Below are positions 37,801-49,200 of a DNA stretch of 64,000 nucleotides, piece by piece. How positions within the stretch are numbered: the stretch's first letter is position 1; every line of letters begins with the position of its first letter. Source of the DNA: Squalus acanthias (taxonomy: Eukaryota); contig CM059449.1 in assembly GCA_030390025.1 (NCBI GenBank), positions 2,356,001 to 2,420,000 on the forward strand, read 5' to 3'. Made by a program: the position numbers and the translations under genes. The notes under the pieces are model-generated. The model was not told the DNA's origin and made no database searches. It worked only from the letters and a program-made list of their open reading frames with translations.

Positions 37801-38079
37801 CTGAGTCACAGGAGAGAGCTCTACCCACTGAGCCACGGCCAACACTGTAATTAACTGAATTTTTACATCATTGAGTCGAACTTCTCCAGGTACAAGAAGT
37901 GACATCCGATAATTATGTCATACAACATGAACAAAGTCAGTGAAGCTACTGTTAAAGAACACAACCTGCGTAGAATGTCAAAACATAGAAATATTACCGA
38001 GAAAGAGAGATTGCTCACCAGATACTGGACCACAAACAAGGAACAGACCGAGAAGGAGAGTTCCACACTCCATTTTCAT
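22252..38079 (-). CDS. Butyrophilin-like gene B (leader-IgC-TM-linker-B30.2, no IgV): exons 38079-38019, 37063-36782, 33405-33277, [32805-32754, 32311-32268 tentative], 30044-30018, 29396-29370, 22808-22252; ~360 aa (392 with tentative exons)
   Basis: All core exons phase 1 with canonical ag/gt sites and an open frame from MKMECGTLLLGLFLVCGPVS to ...GDKVSL*. Confidence 0.85.
22848..23192. mobile_element. GC-rich MITE-like element
   Basis: Ends gaggtgaattctcact / ggagtgaaattcccccc form an imperfect inverted repeat. Confidence 0.4.
23875..26155 (+). mobile_element. CR1 LINE (EN plus RT, internal deletion at ~25176)
   Basis: [31 protein letters not shown]; CR1 tail. Confidence 0.9.
25331..26986 (+). 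repeat. Block duplicated in inverted orientation at 61879-63504
   Basis: Includes non-TE unique sequence (gtggcgataatttgctcccgtcacc, caacatgagaggtggggtagatttac) present as reverse complement. Confidence 0.9.
28630..29110 (+). mobile_element. CR1 3' fragment
   Basis: RKNFFMQRVVRIWSALP; CR1 tail. Confidence 0.8.
29370..29396 (-). CDS. Gene B 27-nt pre-B30.2 exon (EWKRITNSA)
   Basis: atttctag|AATGGAAAAGGATTACAAACTCTGCAG|gtaaga. Confidence 0.85.
30018..30044 (-). CDS. Gene B 27-nt linker exon (GLKTKIEIS)
   Basis: ttttgtag|GGCTGAAGACAAAAATTGAAATATCAG|gtaaga. Confidence 0.8.
31335..31630 (+). mobile_element. tRNA-derived SINE sharing its 3' end with the LINE family at 810-2335 (second copy ~49310-49610)
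   Basis: ggtagcctggtggttatggtactgg...ttcaaatccc head; gggcaactagggatgggc tail. Confidence 0.6.
33147..33650. repeat. 113-bp direct repeats (33147-33259, 33538-33650) flanking gene B TM exon
   Basis: attgtacttgcagtttgatacattatatcctcat...aatg(t/c)cgag occurs twice. Confidence 0.9.
33277..33405 (-). CDS. Gene B transmembrane exon (GELFPKELSLSGWQIAFIIILLITLITIMAITILFWKKRKLFQ)
   Basis: ttgcag|...|gtaaga, 129 nt, phase 1, hydrophobic helix followed by KKRK. Confidence 0.9.
33651..36487 (+). mobile_element. CR1 LINE, decayed with internal deletions (esterase end, EN, RT)
   Basis: [31 protein letters not shown]; CR1 tail. Confidence 0.9.
36782..37063 (-). CDS. Gene B IgC (B7/BTN-type) exon
   Basis: ALGSQPVIRMDGFLGRNIQLLC...SWKDGNG...YTCLVH...VIQIS; 282 nt, phase 1. 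Confidence 0.9.
37252..37845 (-). mobile_element. DeuSINE/SacSINE1-like SINE in gene B leader-IgC intron
   Basis: Similar to 14845-15295; tRNA-like head ggctcagtgggtag...gggttcaagtccc on minus strand. Confidence 0.75.
38019..38079 (-). CDS. Gene B signal-peptide exon (MKMECGTLLLGLFLVCGPVS)
   Basis: ttgcag|GGTT ATG...GTATCTG|gtgagc, phase 1, hydrophobic core. Confidence 0.8.
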
Positions 38080-38419
38080 AACCCTGCAAATTCAAAATAA
38101 AATGCAATTATTTGAGTGAATTGTCTCAGTACATTCTTCACAAGCTGGATAAAATCTGACTGGGAATCCGACTGAAGATTATATGGGATTGCTTGGATGT
38201 AAATGTTATTCTCAGGTGTCCATACTACAACCCTCAAGGCTGCCCAAGGACTACCACAAGGCCCACCAGCCCTGATTCTGGTCCACAATTTCTCAGACAT
38301 GATCTCACTCCTTGTGCTGAGCAAAAGGCTGCCGTGTGAAAATGCGGAAATGATTGAAGATCCGGAATAACAGAAAACGCTGCAAAAACTCAGCAGGCCA
38401 GGCCCTGTCGCTTCCAATG

Positions 38420-39045
38420 AACCCGGGTAAACCCGCTTCCAAAGTTAAATTAAAGAAGCGGGCGCTTCAGTAAAAGAAGCCCCACCCCACCCCACCCCAC
38501 TGGACTCAGGACAACTTGATGTTGAAAGGTTCCTGGGGCTGGGCTCACTTCAGCAGACAAGCGGCCCCCAAATGTCCCGCAGCATCAAATGTGGGGAAAG
38601 GCCGGGGGCGGGAGCCGAGCTCCGGACACCTCCCGGGGGAAAGGCCGGGAGCGGGGGCGGGAGCCGAGCTCCGGACACCTCCCGGGGGAAAGGGCGAGGG
38701 CGGGGGCCGAGCTCCGGACACCTACCGGGTAAGATGTCCCAGGACGAGCGACAATCGGCGCTTTGCTCCAATTCAGGCCGCACCCACCGGAAGGGCAGGA
38801 AAGTGAAAGTGCTTTTGAGCAGCGAGTTTGAGGCGGGGCGTTTTGTTCGGCGGAGAACGGCGGGAAGTTTGGGCGCAGACAGGTTGGTGCCATTGCATTG
38901 AGGGGGTGGAATGGGGGGAGAATGGGAGAGGGAGTGCGGCCCCCGGGAGGAGCGGCATCGGCGGGGCCGGGCTTGGCTCCTTCCTCACACCCAGGAGCCA
39001 GACTGGAGCAGCTCCGGGCCCGGCCGCACCCTCCCCTACCCCGGG
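38420..39045. promoter_or_regulatory. CpG island / probable promoter of gene B (possibly bidirectional) with IRF-E GAAAGTGAAAGT (38799-38810), GC box and ETS-like sites
   Basis: High CpG density immediately upstream of gene B leader exon; motifs visible; 3 tandem gagccgagctccggacacct units at 38595-38725. Confidence 0.65.
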
Positions 39046-39900
39046 TTACAGAAACAGTGAGGGGTGTAGGGCTGGAGGAGGTTACAGAGATAGGGAGGGT
39101 TGTAGGGCTGGAGGAGGATACAGAGATGGGGAGGGTTGTAGGGCTGGAGGAAGTTACAGAGATAGGGAGGGTTGTAGGGCTGGAGGAGGTTACAGACCCA
39201 GGTAGGGTTGTAGGGCTGGAGGAGGTTACAGACCCAGGTAGGGTTGTAGGGCTGGAGGAGGTTACAGAAATAAGGAGGGTTGTAGGGCTGGAGGAGGTTA
39301 CAGAGCTAGGGAGGGTTGTAGGGGGTTACAGAGACAGGGAGGGTTGTAGGGGGTTACAGAGACAGGGAGGGTTGTAGGGCTGGAGGAGGTTACAGAGACG
39401 GGGAGGGTTGTAGGGCCGGCGTAGGTTACAGAGACGGGGAGGGTAGTAAGATTGGAGGAGGTTTCAGAGATAGGGAGGGTTGTAGGGCTACAGGTGGTTA
39501 CAGAGATAGGGAGGGTTGTAAGGATGCAGGAGTTTAGAGAGATAGGGAGGGGCGAGCGCTGGAGGATGTTAGAGATTGGGAGGGCTGTAAGTCTGGGGTG
39601 GGGGTGGGGCTGGGATTTTACAGAGATAGGGAGGGGAGATACCGTGGAGTAATTTGAAAAGAAGAATGAGAGTTTTAAAATCGAGGCGTTGCTGGACCGG
39701 CAGCCAATGTATGTCAGTCAGATGATGGGGTGATTGGAACTTGGTGCGATTTACGATACGGGCAGCAGAGTTTTGAATTAGTTCAAGTTTATGGAGGGTG
39801 GAAGATTGGAGGCTGGGAGGAGGTAGGGGCACCGAGATCTCAGAGGGTTGTAGGGCAGGAGGCATTTACAGAGGTGGGGAGAGGCGAGGCCCTGGGATTT
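39045..39900 (-). repeat. L2 remnant with large expansion (~14 units) of the 36-bp minisatellite
   Basis: [26 protein letters not shown] on minus strand plus repeated gggagggttgtagggctggaggaggttacagagata. Confidence 0.85.
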
Positions 39901-40872
39901 GAAAAGAAGGGTGACAGTTTTAAAACAGATAAATGAGAATTGTTGGCATTAATCTATATGGCAACTTGGATAGATTCCCGTTGTATCTTACAATTAATTC
40001 CTTCCGCTCACCGTATCCCATTGGTTCGCCCATTGTTCCAGGTGTTGCATAGAGTGCATTAAATCCCCAGACATGTCCTCCAAAAACGCATCATCCATAA
40101 AAAGGAAGTTAATTATTGTAATAAATCTGAGTGACCATAATTAAGAAAAGCTCCACGTGAGTGCTTATGATGATTTCAATGAGGTAATATTTCCAGCATT
40201 GCTGAATTTCAAAACAGAAAATGCTGGAATTTCACAGCTGGAATTTGTCACCATCTGAAAAGAGAAAAGACAGGTTAAAGTTTTCGGCAGAGTTCCTTCA
40301 TCTGACAGTGGTGTAAAATCTCACGCTCCAAATGCTGTCTGCTACATACTGACAGACATAGTTCCAGAGGTATGGGGCATCTCCAAACATGACCGCTGCC
40401 TTGGCAGTCATGATGCTTGCTTCACTGAAGCACTCTCTCCTCCTCCAACCTCCCCCAGTTCAGAAAAGCAATTCAGAGCCGGTGCTCTTCTCCTTCCCTC
40501 TCAGTTCACACTGGCACTCCCTCCCGTTCCCACTTGAAGCTAGGGCAGCATTCTCCCTGCCCACTGCCAATTTGTGCTGGCACTTTTCTCCCTCAATTGC
40601 ATTTCATTCAGTTTTGCTGTGGAGATAAAACAAAATCGGGACCGTTCCCATTATACTTTACTGGATACTTTAGAAAGTGCTCAATAGCCGATGCCGCGGA
40701 GCTGCGTTAGTGAAAGCTGTTCTGTTTGTTTAAAGGTTTTACATTAACAAGAACTCAGCTGTTGCTGTATCAATAGAAGGAATCCCAGGAATTTCTGTTC
40801 TTGTAAAACTCGTCTGTGTCCATAGATGGCGCTGCTGCACAGTTTCTCTAAACAGAGCCACTCAGTGGCTAT

Positions 40873-41610
40873 GGCCCAGGTTTTGCTGTACTGATAACAG
40901 CGAGGCTGTCCGTGCTCACCATTATTACAGGGTAAAACTGACAGCAACCTCTGGCTTCTGCACATGCGCAGTTAAACGAGGAAATTGCTGTCAGTGATAC
41001 CCTGCTTCTCCACAGGCTGTGCTGTTGCAGTCTTCGCCAATGCAATCTGCACAGAGATCACTGTAATGGCGTGAACTTAGGCTAATTATCCATTATTCTC
41101 GCTCTAAAGACAGATGAAAAAGTTAGGGCTTGTACAATCAGGAGTATCTCAGTTTTTAACAGCATAATAAGTGATAATTCCAGCTGAACAACCTCTCTGG
41201 CCCTGAAAACTTAATTTTACAGGTGTACAGTCTCATTCCCTCAAGAAAATCAATGGAGCAGATTTTTAAAAACAATTTTTAAACAGTTTTTCTGTTTTTC
41301 TCTTAAACCCGTGTGTATGTTCCAATTTTTATTTTGTTCCTGTACAATGATTTGAATGTAATGTATATTTCCTGTTTTCTACTTCCTGCTTTGCAGTCTG
41401 CGTGTCTCAGGGAGGATTCTTCAATCTGATTGGTTGAAGAGCCTCCCTGTTGTTTGCTCTGCTCACAGATTCCCGGTAGAGTGCACCGCACTGGATCAGA
41501 CACCCGTCGACAGGAAATCTCTGCTGACAAGCCCGCGAAAAGTCTCTGGGCAACTGTACATGAGGTGAACAGTGAAAGCCTTTCCTTTGCTGCTCAGCAA
41601 AATCCGGGCC
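40873..41610. mobile_element. MITE-like element with GGCCC-starting TIRs
   Basis: ggcccaggttttgctg / cagcaaaatccgggcc (14/16 inverted match), AT-rich centre, 738 bp. Confidence 0.55.
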
Positions 41611-41797
41611 AATGAGAATAACATGGACAGAAATTCTTGGGAACAAAAGGCTAAAAAACTGTAAATGCTGGAAATCTGAAACATCTGGAAACACTCACCA
41701 GGTTAGGCAACATCTGTGATGTGTGCTTTTCCTCATTGTCCTGCAGTGAAATATGGTACAAATCTACAGAAAACACAGGGTGCTGTTCAATTCAAGA

Positions 41798-42108
41798 TGG
41801 CATAGTGGTTAGCACTGGTGCCTCACAGCGCCAGGGACCCGGGTTCGAATCTGGCCTCGGGTGACTGACTGTGTGGAGTTTGCACATTCTCCCCGTGTCT
41901 GCGTGGGTTTCCTCCGGATGCTCCGGTTTCCTCCCACAGTCCAAAAATGTGCGGGTTAGGTTGATTTGGCTATGATAAATTGACCCTTAGTGTTAGGGGG
42001 GGATTAAATATGTGGGGTTACGGGGATAGGATGGGATATGTTAGGGGGAATTAAATACGTGGGGTTACGGGGATAGGGTGGGATATGTGTCGGTGCAGGC
42101 TCGATGGG
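41798..42108 (+). mobile_element. HE1-type V-SINE
   Basis: A box tggcatagtgg, B box ggttcgaatc, V-domain gtggagtttgcacattctccccgtgtctgcgtgggtttcctccgg. Confidence 0.9.
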
Positions 42109-43164
42109 GATTCTGTGTGAGAAAGCAGGGACAGGGTACTGGATTTGGATGATCAGCCATGATCATATTGAATGGTGGAGCAGGCTCGACGGGCCGAATG
42201 GCCTACTCCTGCTCCTAGTTTCTATCTTGGGCTTCAGCTGGCCCCAGACAAAAATAGCTCGGTTGGACTGAACAGGTAGAAGACTTGAAATATTTCCCTC
42301 TGTCACACAGAAAATTACAAACCAGAATCCAAGTCGGCAGTGCCATTCAGCTCACTGAGCCTGCTCCACCATTTTGTTAGTAATAATATCTTTTTAATCT
42401 CAATATTCCTCTGTTTCTCCATATCTTGCCATACTCACTAGGTAAGTAACTATCTGCCTTTTAAACACCTCACCTAATTCTGTGGTTCTGTCCTTCTGGA
42501 ACACTATATTCCTCATTCTAGCATCCTTTGTGTGAATTTTTCCCCCATGGACTTGCTTTTAATTGTTTATTTCTAATTGTAAGATTGCCCCTTGTTTTAG
42601 AATCCCCAGCAGTCAGAAACTCGTCCCTTGTCTACCCTGTCATTCCCTTCATTATTTAAAACACGTTGATCATATCATCCTCTAACTGTATCTCCAGAGA
42701 ATAGATCCTGAATTCACCCAGTCTCTTATGATGACTCAGTCCCTTCGTCCCACAGCTCACCCTGGTCAATCACCACTGTACTTTCTCCAAGACAGTGTAT
42801 CTTTCCTATTGTTCCTGTAGTCATTCATTTATTACTCTGATCAGTGAGCAGCACTGATTACTGGATAGATCCCCACACATTTCTGCAACACACTGAAATA
42901 AAACATCAGAGTCACGCTGTTATTTTAATGAAAACTTAATCGCCGGCCAGACAGCTTTGAATGAAGAGAGTTCTTCAGCCTGTTCTCTTTATCTTTCTGG
43001 AATACCAGCCCTGCCTTCTTCCTGTTGCAGCATCCAGCTGTTTCTTCCTTTCACATCAAGATATGAGAATTATTGTCAGTGATATGAAAAGGGTGTTAAT
43101 AATGCAGCATGAAAACAATGGGTGACTGATCCAGGTAACTCTGATCTAATTTACAGGGTCCACA

Positions 43165-43222
43165 ATGGAGAATCGCTTACTGACGTCATTCCTATTGTTA
43201 CAGATTCAGATTACAGCAGCAG
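43165..43222 (+). CDS. Gene C signal-peptide exon ([19 protein letters not shown])
   Basis: ttacag|GGTCCACAATGG...GCAGCAG|gtaaga; 91-nt intron to IgV. Confidence 0.85.
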
Positions 43223-46200
43223 GTAAGAGACTGGGTTAAAGGCATGGAATCTGGATTATCTGTATAATGTGTGCTGTGACAGTATTTAAATGCTATTCAT
43301 TCTTCACTTACAGGAGACTTCGAAGTGACCGGTGCAGACAGCCCAGTACTAGTGACCATGGGTAGTAGCGTCACGCTGAACTGTTGGGTCACACCGAGCT
43401 TTGACCCTCTGAGTATGGAACTGGAATGGTTAAAAGCAGATACCCGAGAAACTGTAGTTTTAGTTATAAATGGACGCAGTCGTGCAAAGTCAAGCAACTA
43501 CCATGGAAGGACTGAGCTCTTTACGGACAAATTGATTCAGGGAAATATCTCTCTCCATCTAAGCAATGTCCGTATCTCCGATGAGGGTAAATACAGATGC
43601 ATCGTGAGCACCAGTTCCTGGGGACATGCAGGAGATGCAGAACTAACAGTAGCCGGTAGGTATTGATGCAGAGAACTGATTCTGTGAATATAATCACCAA
43701 AAATTATTCAGAAATTGACATCCCCGTGTAAAATGTCTTTTTAATTAATTTCTAAACAGAGAATACCAACATTGATTCTTAACTGTTGTTGCTGCTTCAG
43801 TTTGAGTACATGGAGTTAATGTTCCGTATTGTGATTGGATTGTGGAGGGAATGAAACCGTGCTCGATCCGTTCACTCTCATTCTGAACAATCACTCTCGG
43901 GAACACTGGGGATCTTCTACATCTCAATCTGTACAGTGCTCACTGTGGGTGTAGATTCACTGTAGAATGTGTCACTGGGACTCTGGACCAACACTTTATC
44001 TCATGGCCTGAGATTCCCTCCTCCTCCACCCTGGATCACAAGACAATTACGGATGAGGAAGGCCGTTCCACCCATTTTATTTGAACTAGAAAGACCCTAA
44101 CTTCCCCCATTGGGCCTCCAATTGCTTCTTAAACCTCTCCAGGGTTTTCTCCTCCCCCACTCTGTCCAGAGTCCATTCCATGTGTTGATCACTCTTTGTT
44201 TGATGAACTGGCTGTTACCAGTCTCACATTTACCTTTTACTAGTTTGAACCTGTGTTCACTTGTCCCACTCTCACAATTTAAAGTAATATTTCAGCTTTA
44301 CCTTTTCAGTTCCTTTAACTACCTATATCTACCTCGATTAGGTCACCTCCCAGAAGCCTCCTTTCCAGGTGCAAATCCCAGCTTTTTCCAGTCTTTTCCT
44401 GTCACTCAGACCCCTGACACTGGGGATGAGTCTGGTGGATCTTCTCCGATCTGCCTCCAGTGTTCAAATGTCTCCCTTGTTTCTCAATGGCCAGAACTGG
44501 ACACTGTATTCAAGGTGGGCTCTGACCAGAGCACCGTGCAGTTTGATCATTTGAGGGGTGGGGGGAGAGGATGTTGCTCATTTTCCCTTATGAATACTTC
44601 AAGGAAATGATAATTCAGAATATTTCCTATTTTGTGCTTGCCCCCAGTTCTGATATTGTTTGAATCATTTATAGTTTACACCGATTCTCTGACATTCCTG
44701 CCACTGCTGTAGGACTGAGGTTTATTTACTGTAATGTTTCACTTCAGCTGCTGTGTATATTCCGAGACCTCTCCTGGCCCTTCTCATCACCTGCTGAAGG
44801 TGTTCCTGCACATTCCTATATTCATCCCAGTGAATCGCTTCTCCTTTCTCCCAGCAGGATTTGTAGCCATTTCTCCTCTTATTTCACTTCAATCTCTTTG
44901 TTAATCCATTGAGGATCAAGTGTGTTTAGCCTGAGCTTCTGATTTCAGATCCTCACCGTGTTGGGAGTCCGAGTCACCCACTGAGTCTGACTGTAACTCA
45001 TTCTTTCCCAGGACTGCAGAGCTGTAGAACTCCTGGCCTCCCTCAGCTTTCTCCTCCTACAATCTACGGCTTTTAAAAACTCAAGTGTGGCCTCCCCTGA
45101 TCACAGCTTCATGATTTGCATCCTCTCTAGTCTGTTCTGTACCCTGGTGGAGGCCTCCTGTCTGGGCCTTGGCCCTTCACACCCGTTCGGCAACAATATC
45201 AAAATGAGGCCTCCCAAAAAAAAACTTCAAATGATCTGGAGAAAGTAGAAAGAGACAAATTCCAAACGTTCACATTCTCCGGTATCTGTTAATGCCTCGT
45301 GGGAGCAGTTTTCCGGCCTAAATATTGGGAGTCACCAAGATTGGGGGAATGTGGACACTTGTGCATTTAACCAGATGTCTAAATACCTTTTTAATACAGG
45401 AAAACTGGTTTGATAGATTTCTACAGCACAGACGAAGGCCATTCGGCCCATCGTGTCTGTGCCAGCTCTCTGAAAGAGCGATCCAATTAGTCCCACTCCG
45501 CCGCTCTTTCCCCATAGCCGATTGGCCCACTCCTGCTCCTGTTTCTTGTGCCCTGCAATCTTTTCCTTTTCAAGTATTGAGCTGAATACATTTTGAAAGT
45601 TTCTATTGAATCTGCTTCCACCCCCCCTTTCAGGTAACGCATTCCAGAACATCATAATTCGCTGCATAACAAAAAATTCTCTTCATTTCCCCTCTGTTAC
45701 TTTGCCAATTACCTTTCCATCAGTGTTCTCTGGTTACTGACCCTCCAGCCAGTGAAAACAGCTTCTCCTGACTTACTCTGATCAAAAACCCTTATAATTT
45801 TGAACTCCTCGATCAAATCTCCCCATAACCTTTTTGCTCTAAGGAGAACAAGCCCAGCTTTTCTAGTCTCTCCACATAACTGAATTCCCTCATCCCTGGT
45901 GCCATTCCAGTAAATCTCCTCTGCACCCTCTCCAAGGTCTTGACATGTTTCCTAAAGTGTGATACCCTGAATTGGATACAATTTTCCAGCTGAGGCCTAA
46001 CCCGTGTTTTATAAAGGTTTAGCATAACTTGCTTGCTTTTGTACTCTATGCCTCTAATTATAAAGCCAAGGCTCCCGTATACTTTTTTTTAACAGGCTTA
46101 TTAGCTTGTCCTGCAACCCTCAAGGATTTGCGGATGTGAACCCCAGGTTTCTCTAATCCGGTATCCCTTGAAAATTGCAAGACTTTTAAAATTGCCTCTC

Positions 46201-49200
46201 CTCATTCATCCTTCCGCAATGCATCACTTCACACTTCTCTGTTTTAAATTGCATCTGCCATGTGTCTGCCCATCTCACCAGTCTGTCGATGTCCTCCTGA
46301 AGTCTTCTTCTATCCTTCTCACTAGATTTCCGAGATTTGTGTCCTCTCCAAACTTTGAAATGATGCCCTTTATACCCAAGTCCAGGTCATTAATATATTT
46401 CAAAAAGAGCAGTGGTCCCAACCCCGACCCCTGGGGGACACCACTTGCCTCCAGTCTCTAAAGCAACCGTTCACCACTACTGTCTGCTTTCCATTCCTTG
46501 GCCAATTTCATATCCATACAGCCCCTTCCCCTTTAATCCCATGTGCTTCAATTTTGCTATGAAGTCTAACATGTACTTTATCAAACGCCTTTTGAAATTC
46601 CATATACACAGTATCAACTGCACTACCCTCATCAACCCTCTCCATTATTTCATCAAAGAACTCAATCGAGTTAGTCAGATCCATTATTCAAGAAGGGTAG
46701 TAGGGATAAACCAGGGAATTACAGGCCAGTGAGCCTAACATCAGTGGTAGGGAAATTATTGGAAAAAATTCTGAGGGACAGAATTAGTCTGCACTTGGAG
46801 AGTAAAGGATTAATCAAGGATAGTCAGCATGGCTTAGTCAGGGGGAGATCATGTCTGACCAATTTGATTGAATTTTTCAAGGGGGTGACTAGGTGTGTGG
46901 ATGAGGGTAGTGCAGTTGATGTGGTCTACATGGACTTCAGTAAGGCTTTTGACAAAGTCCCGCATGGGAGACTGGTCAAGAAGGTAAGAGCCCATGGGAT
47001 CCAGGGCAACTTGGCACATTGGATCCAAAATTGGCTTAGTGGCAGGAGGCAGAGGGTGATGGTCGAAGATTGTTTTTGTGACTGGAAGCCTGTGTCCAGT
47101 GGTGTACCGCAGGGATCGGTGCTGGGTGCCTTGCTGTTTGTAGTGTACATTAATGATTTAGATATGAATGTAGGAGGTATGATCAGTAAGTTCGCAGATG
47201 ACACGAAAATTGGTGGGGTGGTAAATAGCGAGGAGGGAAGCCTCAGGCTACAGGACGATATAGACGGGTTGGTCAGATGGGCAGAACAGTGGCAAATGGA
47301 ATTTAACCCTGAAAAGTGTGAGGTGATGCATTTTGGGAGGACTAACAAGGCAAGGGAATACACAATGAATGGTAGGACCCGAGGAAGGACAGAGGATCAG
47401 ACGGACCTTGGTGTGCATGTACATAGATCCCTGAAGGCAGCAGGACAGCTAGATAAGGTGGTTAAAAAGGCATATGGGATACTTGCCTTCATTAGCCGAG
47501 GCATAGAATATAAGAGCAGGGAGGTTATAATGGAGCTGTACAAAATGCTAGTTAGGCCAAAGCTGGAATACTGTGTGCAGTTCTGGTCGCCACACTATAG
47601 GAGGGATATGATTGCATTGGAGAGGGCGCAGAGGAGATTCACCAGGATGTTACCTGGGCTGCAGCGCTTCAGCTATGAAGAGAGACTGGACAGGCTGGGG
47701 TTGTTTTCCTTGGAGCAGAGAAGGCTGAGAGGGGACCTGATTGAGGTGTACAAAATTATGAGGGGCATAGATCAGGTAGATAGAAAGGAACTTTTCCCCT
47801 TAGTAGAGGGGTCAATAACCAAGGGGCATAGTTTCAAGGTAAGGGGCAGGAGGTTTAGAGGGGATTTGAGGAAAAACTTTTTCACCCAGAGGGTGGTTGG
47901 AAGCTGGAACTCACTGCCTGAAAGGGCGGTAGAGGCAGGAACCCTCACAACATTCAAGAAGCATTTAGATGAGCACTTGAAACGCCATAGCATACAAGGC
48001 TACGGACCAAGTGCTGGAAAATGGGATTAGAATAGACAGGGCTTGATGGCCGGCGCGGACACGATGGGCCGAAGGGCCTCTTTCTGTGCTGTATAACTCT
48101 ATGACTCTATGAGATGCGATTTGCCTTTAACAAATCTGTGCCGGCTCTCCTTTATTGACCCATATTTTTCCAAGTGCCAAGTAATTTTGTCCCGGATTAT
48201 TGTGTCTCAAAGTTTCCCCACCACCGACGTTAGGCTGACTGGCCTGTAATTGCCAGGTTTTTCCTCTCCCCTTTTTTGAATAGGGTGTAACATCTGCAAC
48301 CCTGCAGTCCTCTGGCACCACTCCCATATCTAAGGAGGATTGGAAGATTGTGGCCAGAGCCTCCGCAATTTCCACCCTTCCTTCCCTCAGCAACTGAGGG
48401 TGCATCCCACCCGGACCGGGTGACTTTTGTACTTTGATCGCTGACAACCATTTATTAATTCTTTATTTATTTTTATCCTATCCAATATCGCTATTGCCTC
48501 CTCCTTTACTGCGACATTGGCAGCATCCTCCTCTCTAGTGAAGACAGATGCAAGGTACTCATTTAATAGCTCAGCCATGCCCTCTGCCTCCACAGGAAGA
48601 TCTCCTTTTTGGTCCCTAATTGGCCCCACCCTTCTCTTGACTACCATTTTTATAAAAGACTTCAGTGCTCCCTTTTCTGTTATCTGCTAATCTATTCTCA
48701 TACACCCTCTTTGCCCCTTTTATTTCCTTTTTCAGTTCTCCTGTGCACTTTCTGTATTCGGCTTGGTTCCCTACTGTATTAAGAACCTGACATTTATCAC
48801 AAGCCTCCTGTTACTGTTTCAGTTTAACCTCAATGTCTTTAGTCATCCAGGAAGCTGTAGCTTTGGATGCCCTTACGTTCGCCCTGATAAGAATGTGTCC
48901 AGTCTGTACCTGAACTAGCTCCTCCTTGAAGGCCTCCCACTGCTCATTTACTGTTTTACCTGCCAATCATTGTCTCCAATCCACCTTGGCCAGACCCCTT
49001 TTCAGCTGACTGAAATGAACCCTCTTCCAGTTGGGTATCTTCACTTTTGATTGTTCCTTGTCTCTTTCCCATTCTCAACCTAATCATATTGTTTCCATTA
49101 CTGTAATTGGAACTGAATTGGTTCCAGTCACACACATCAGAATCTGAAATATAAAAGTTTGTTAATACGCACAGATTAATATTTCTGCCAGTGAGCATGA

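Noticed and set aside
38898-39377. Repetitive GRVVGLEEVTEI ORF
   Set aside because: Translation of the 36-bp L2-derived minisatellite
41798-41870. tRNA gene
   Set aside because: tRNA-like A/B boxes are the head of an HE1-type SINE
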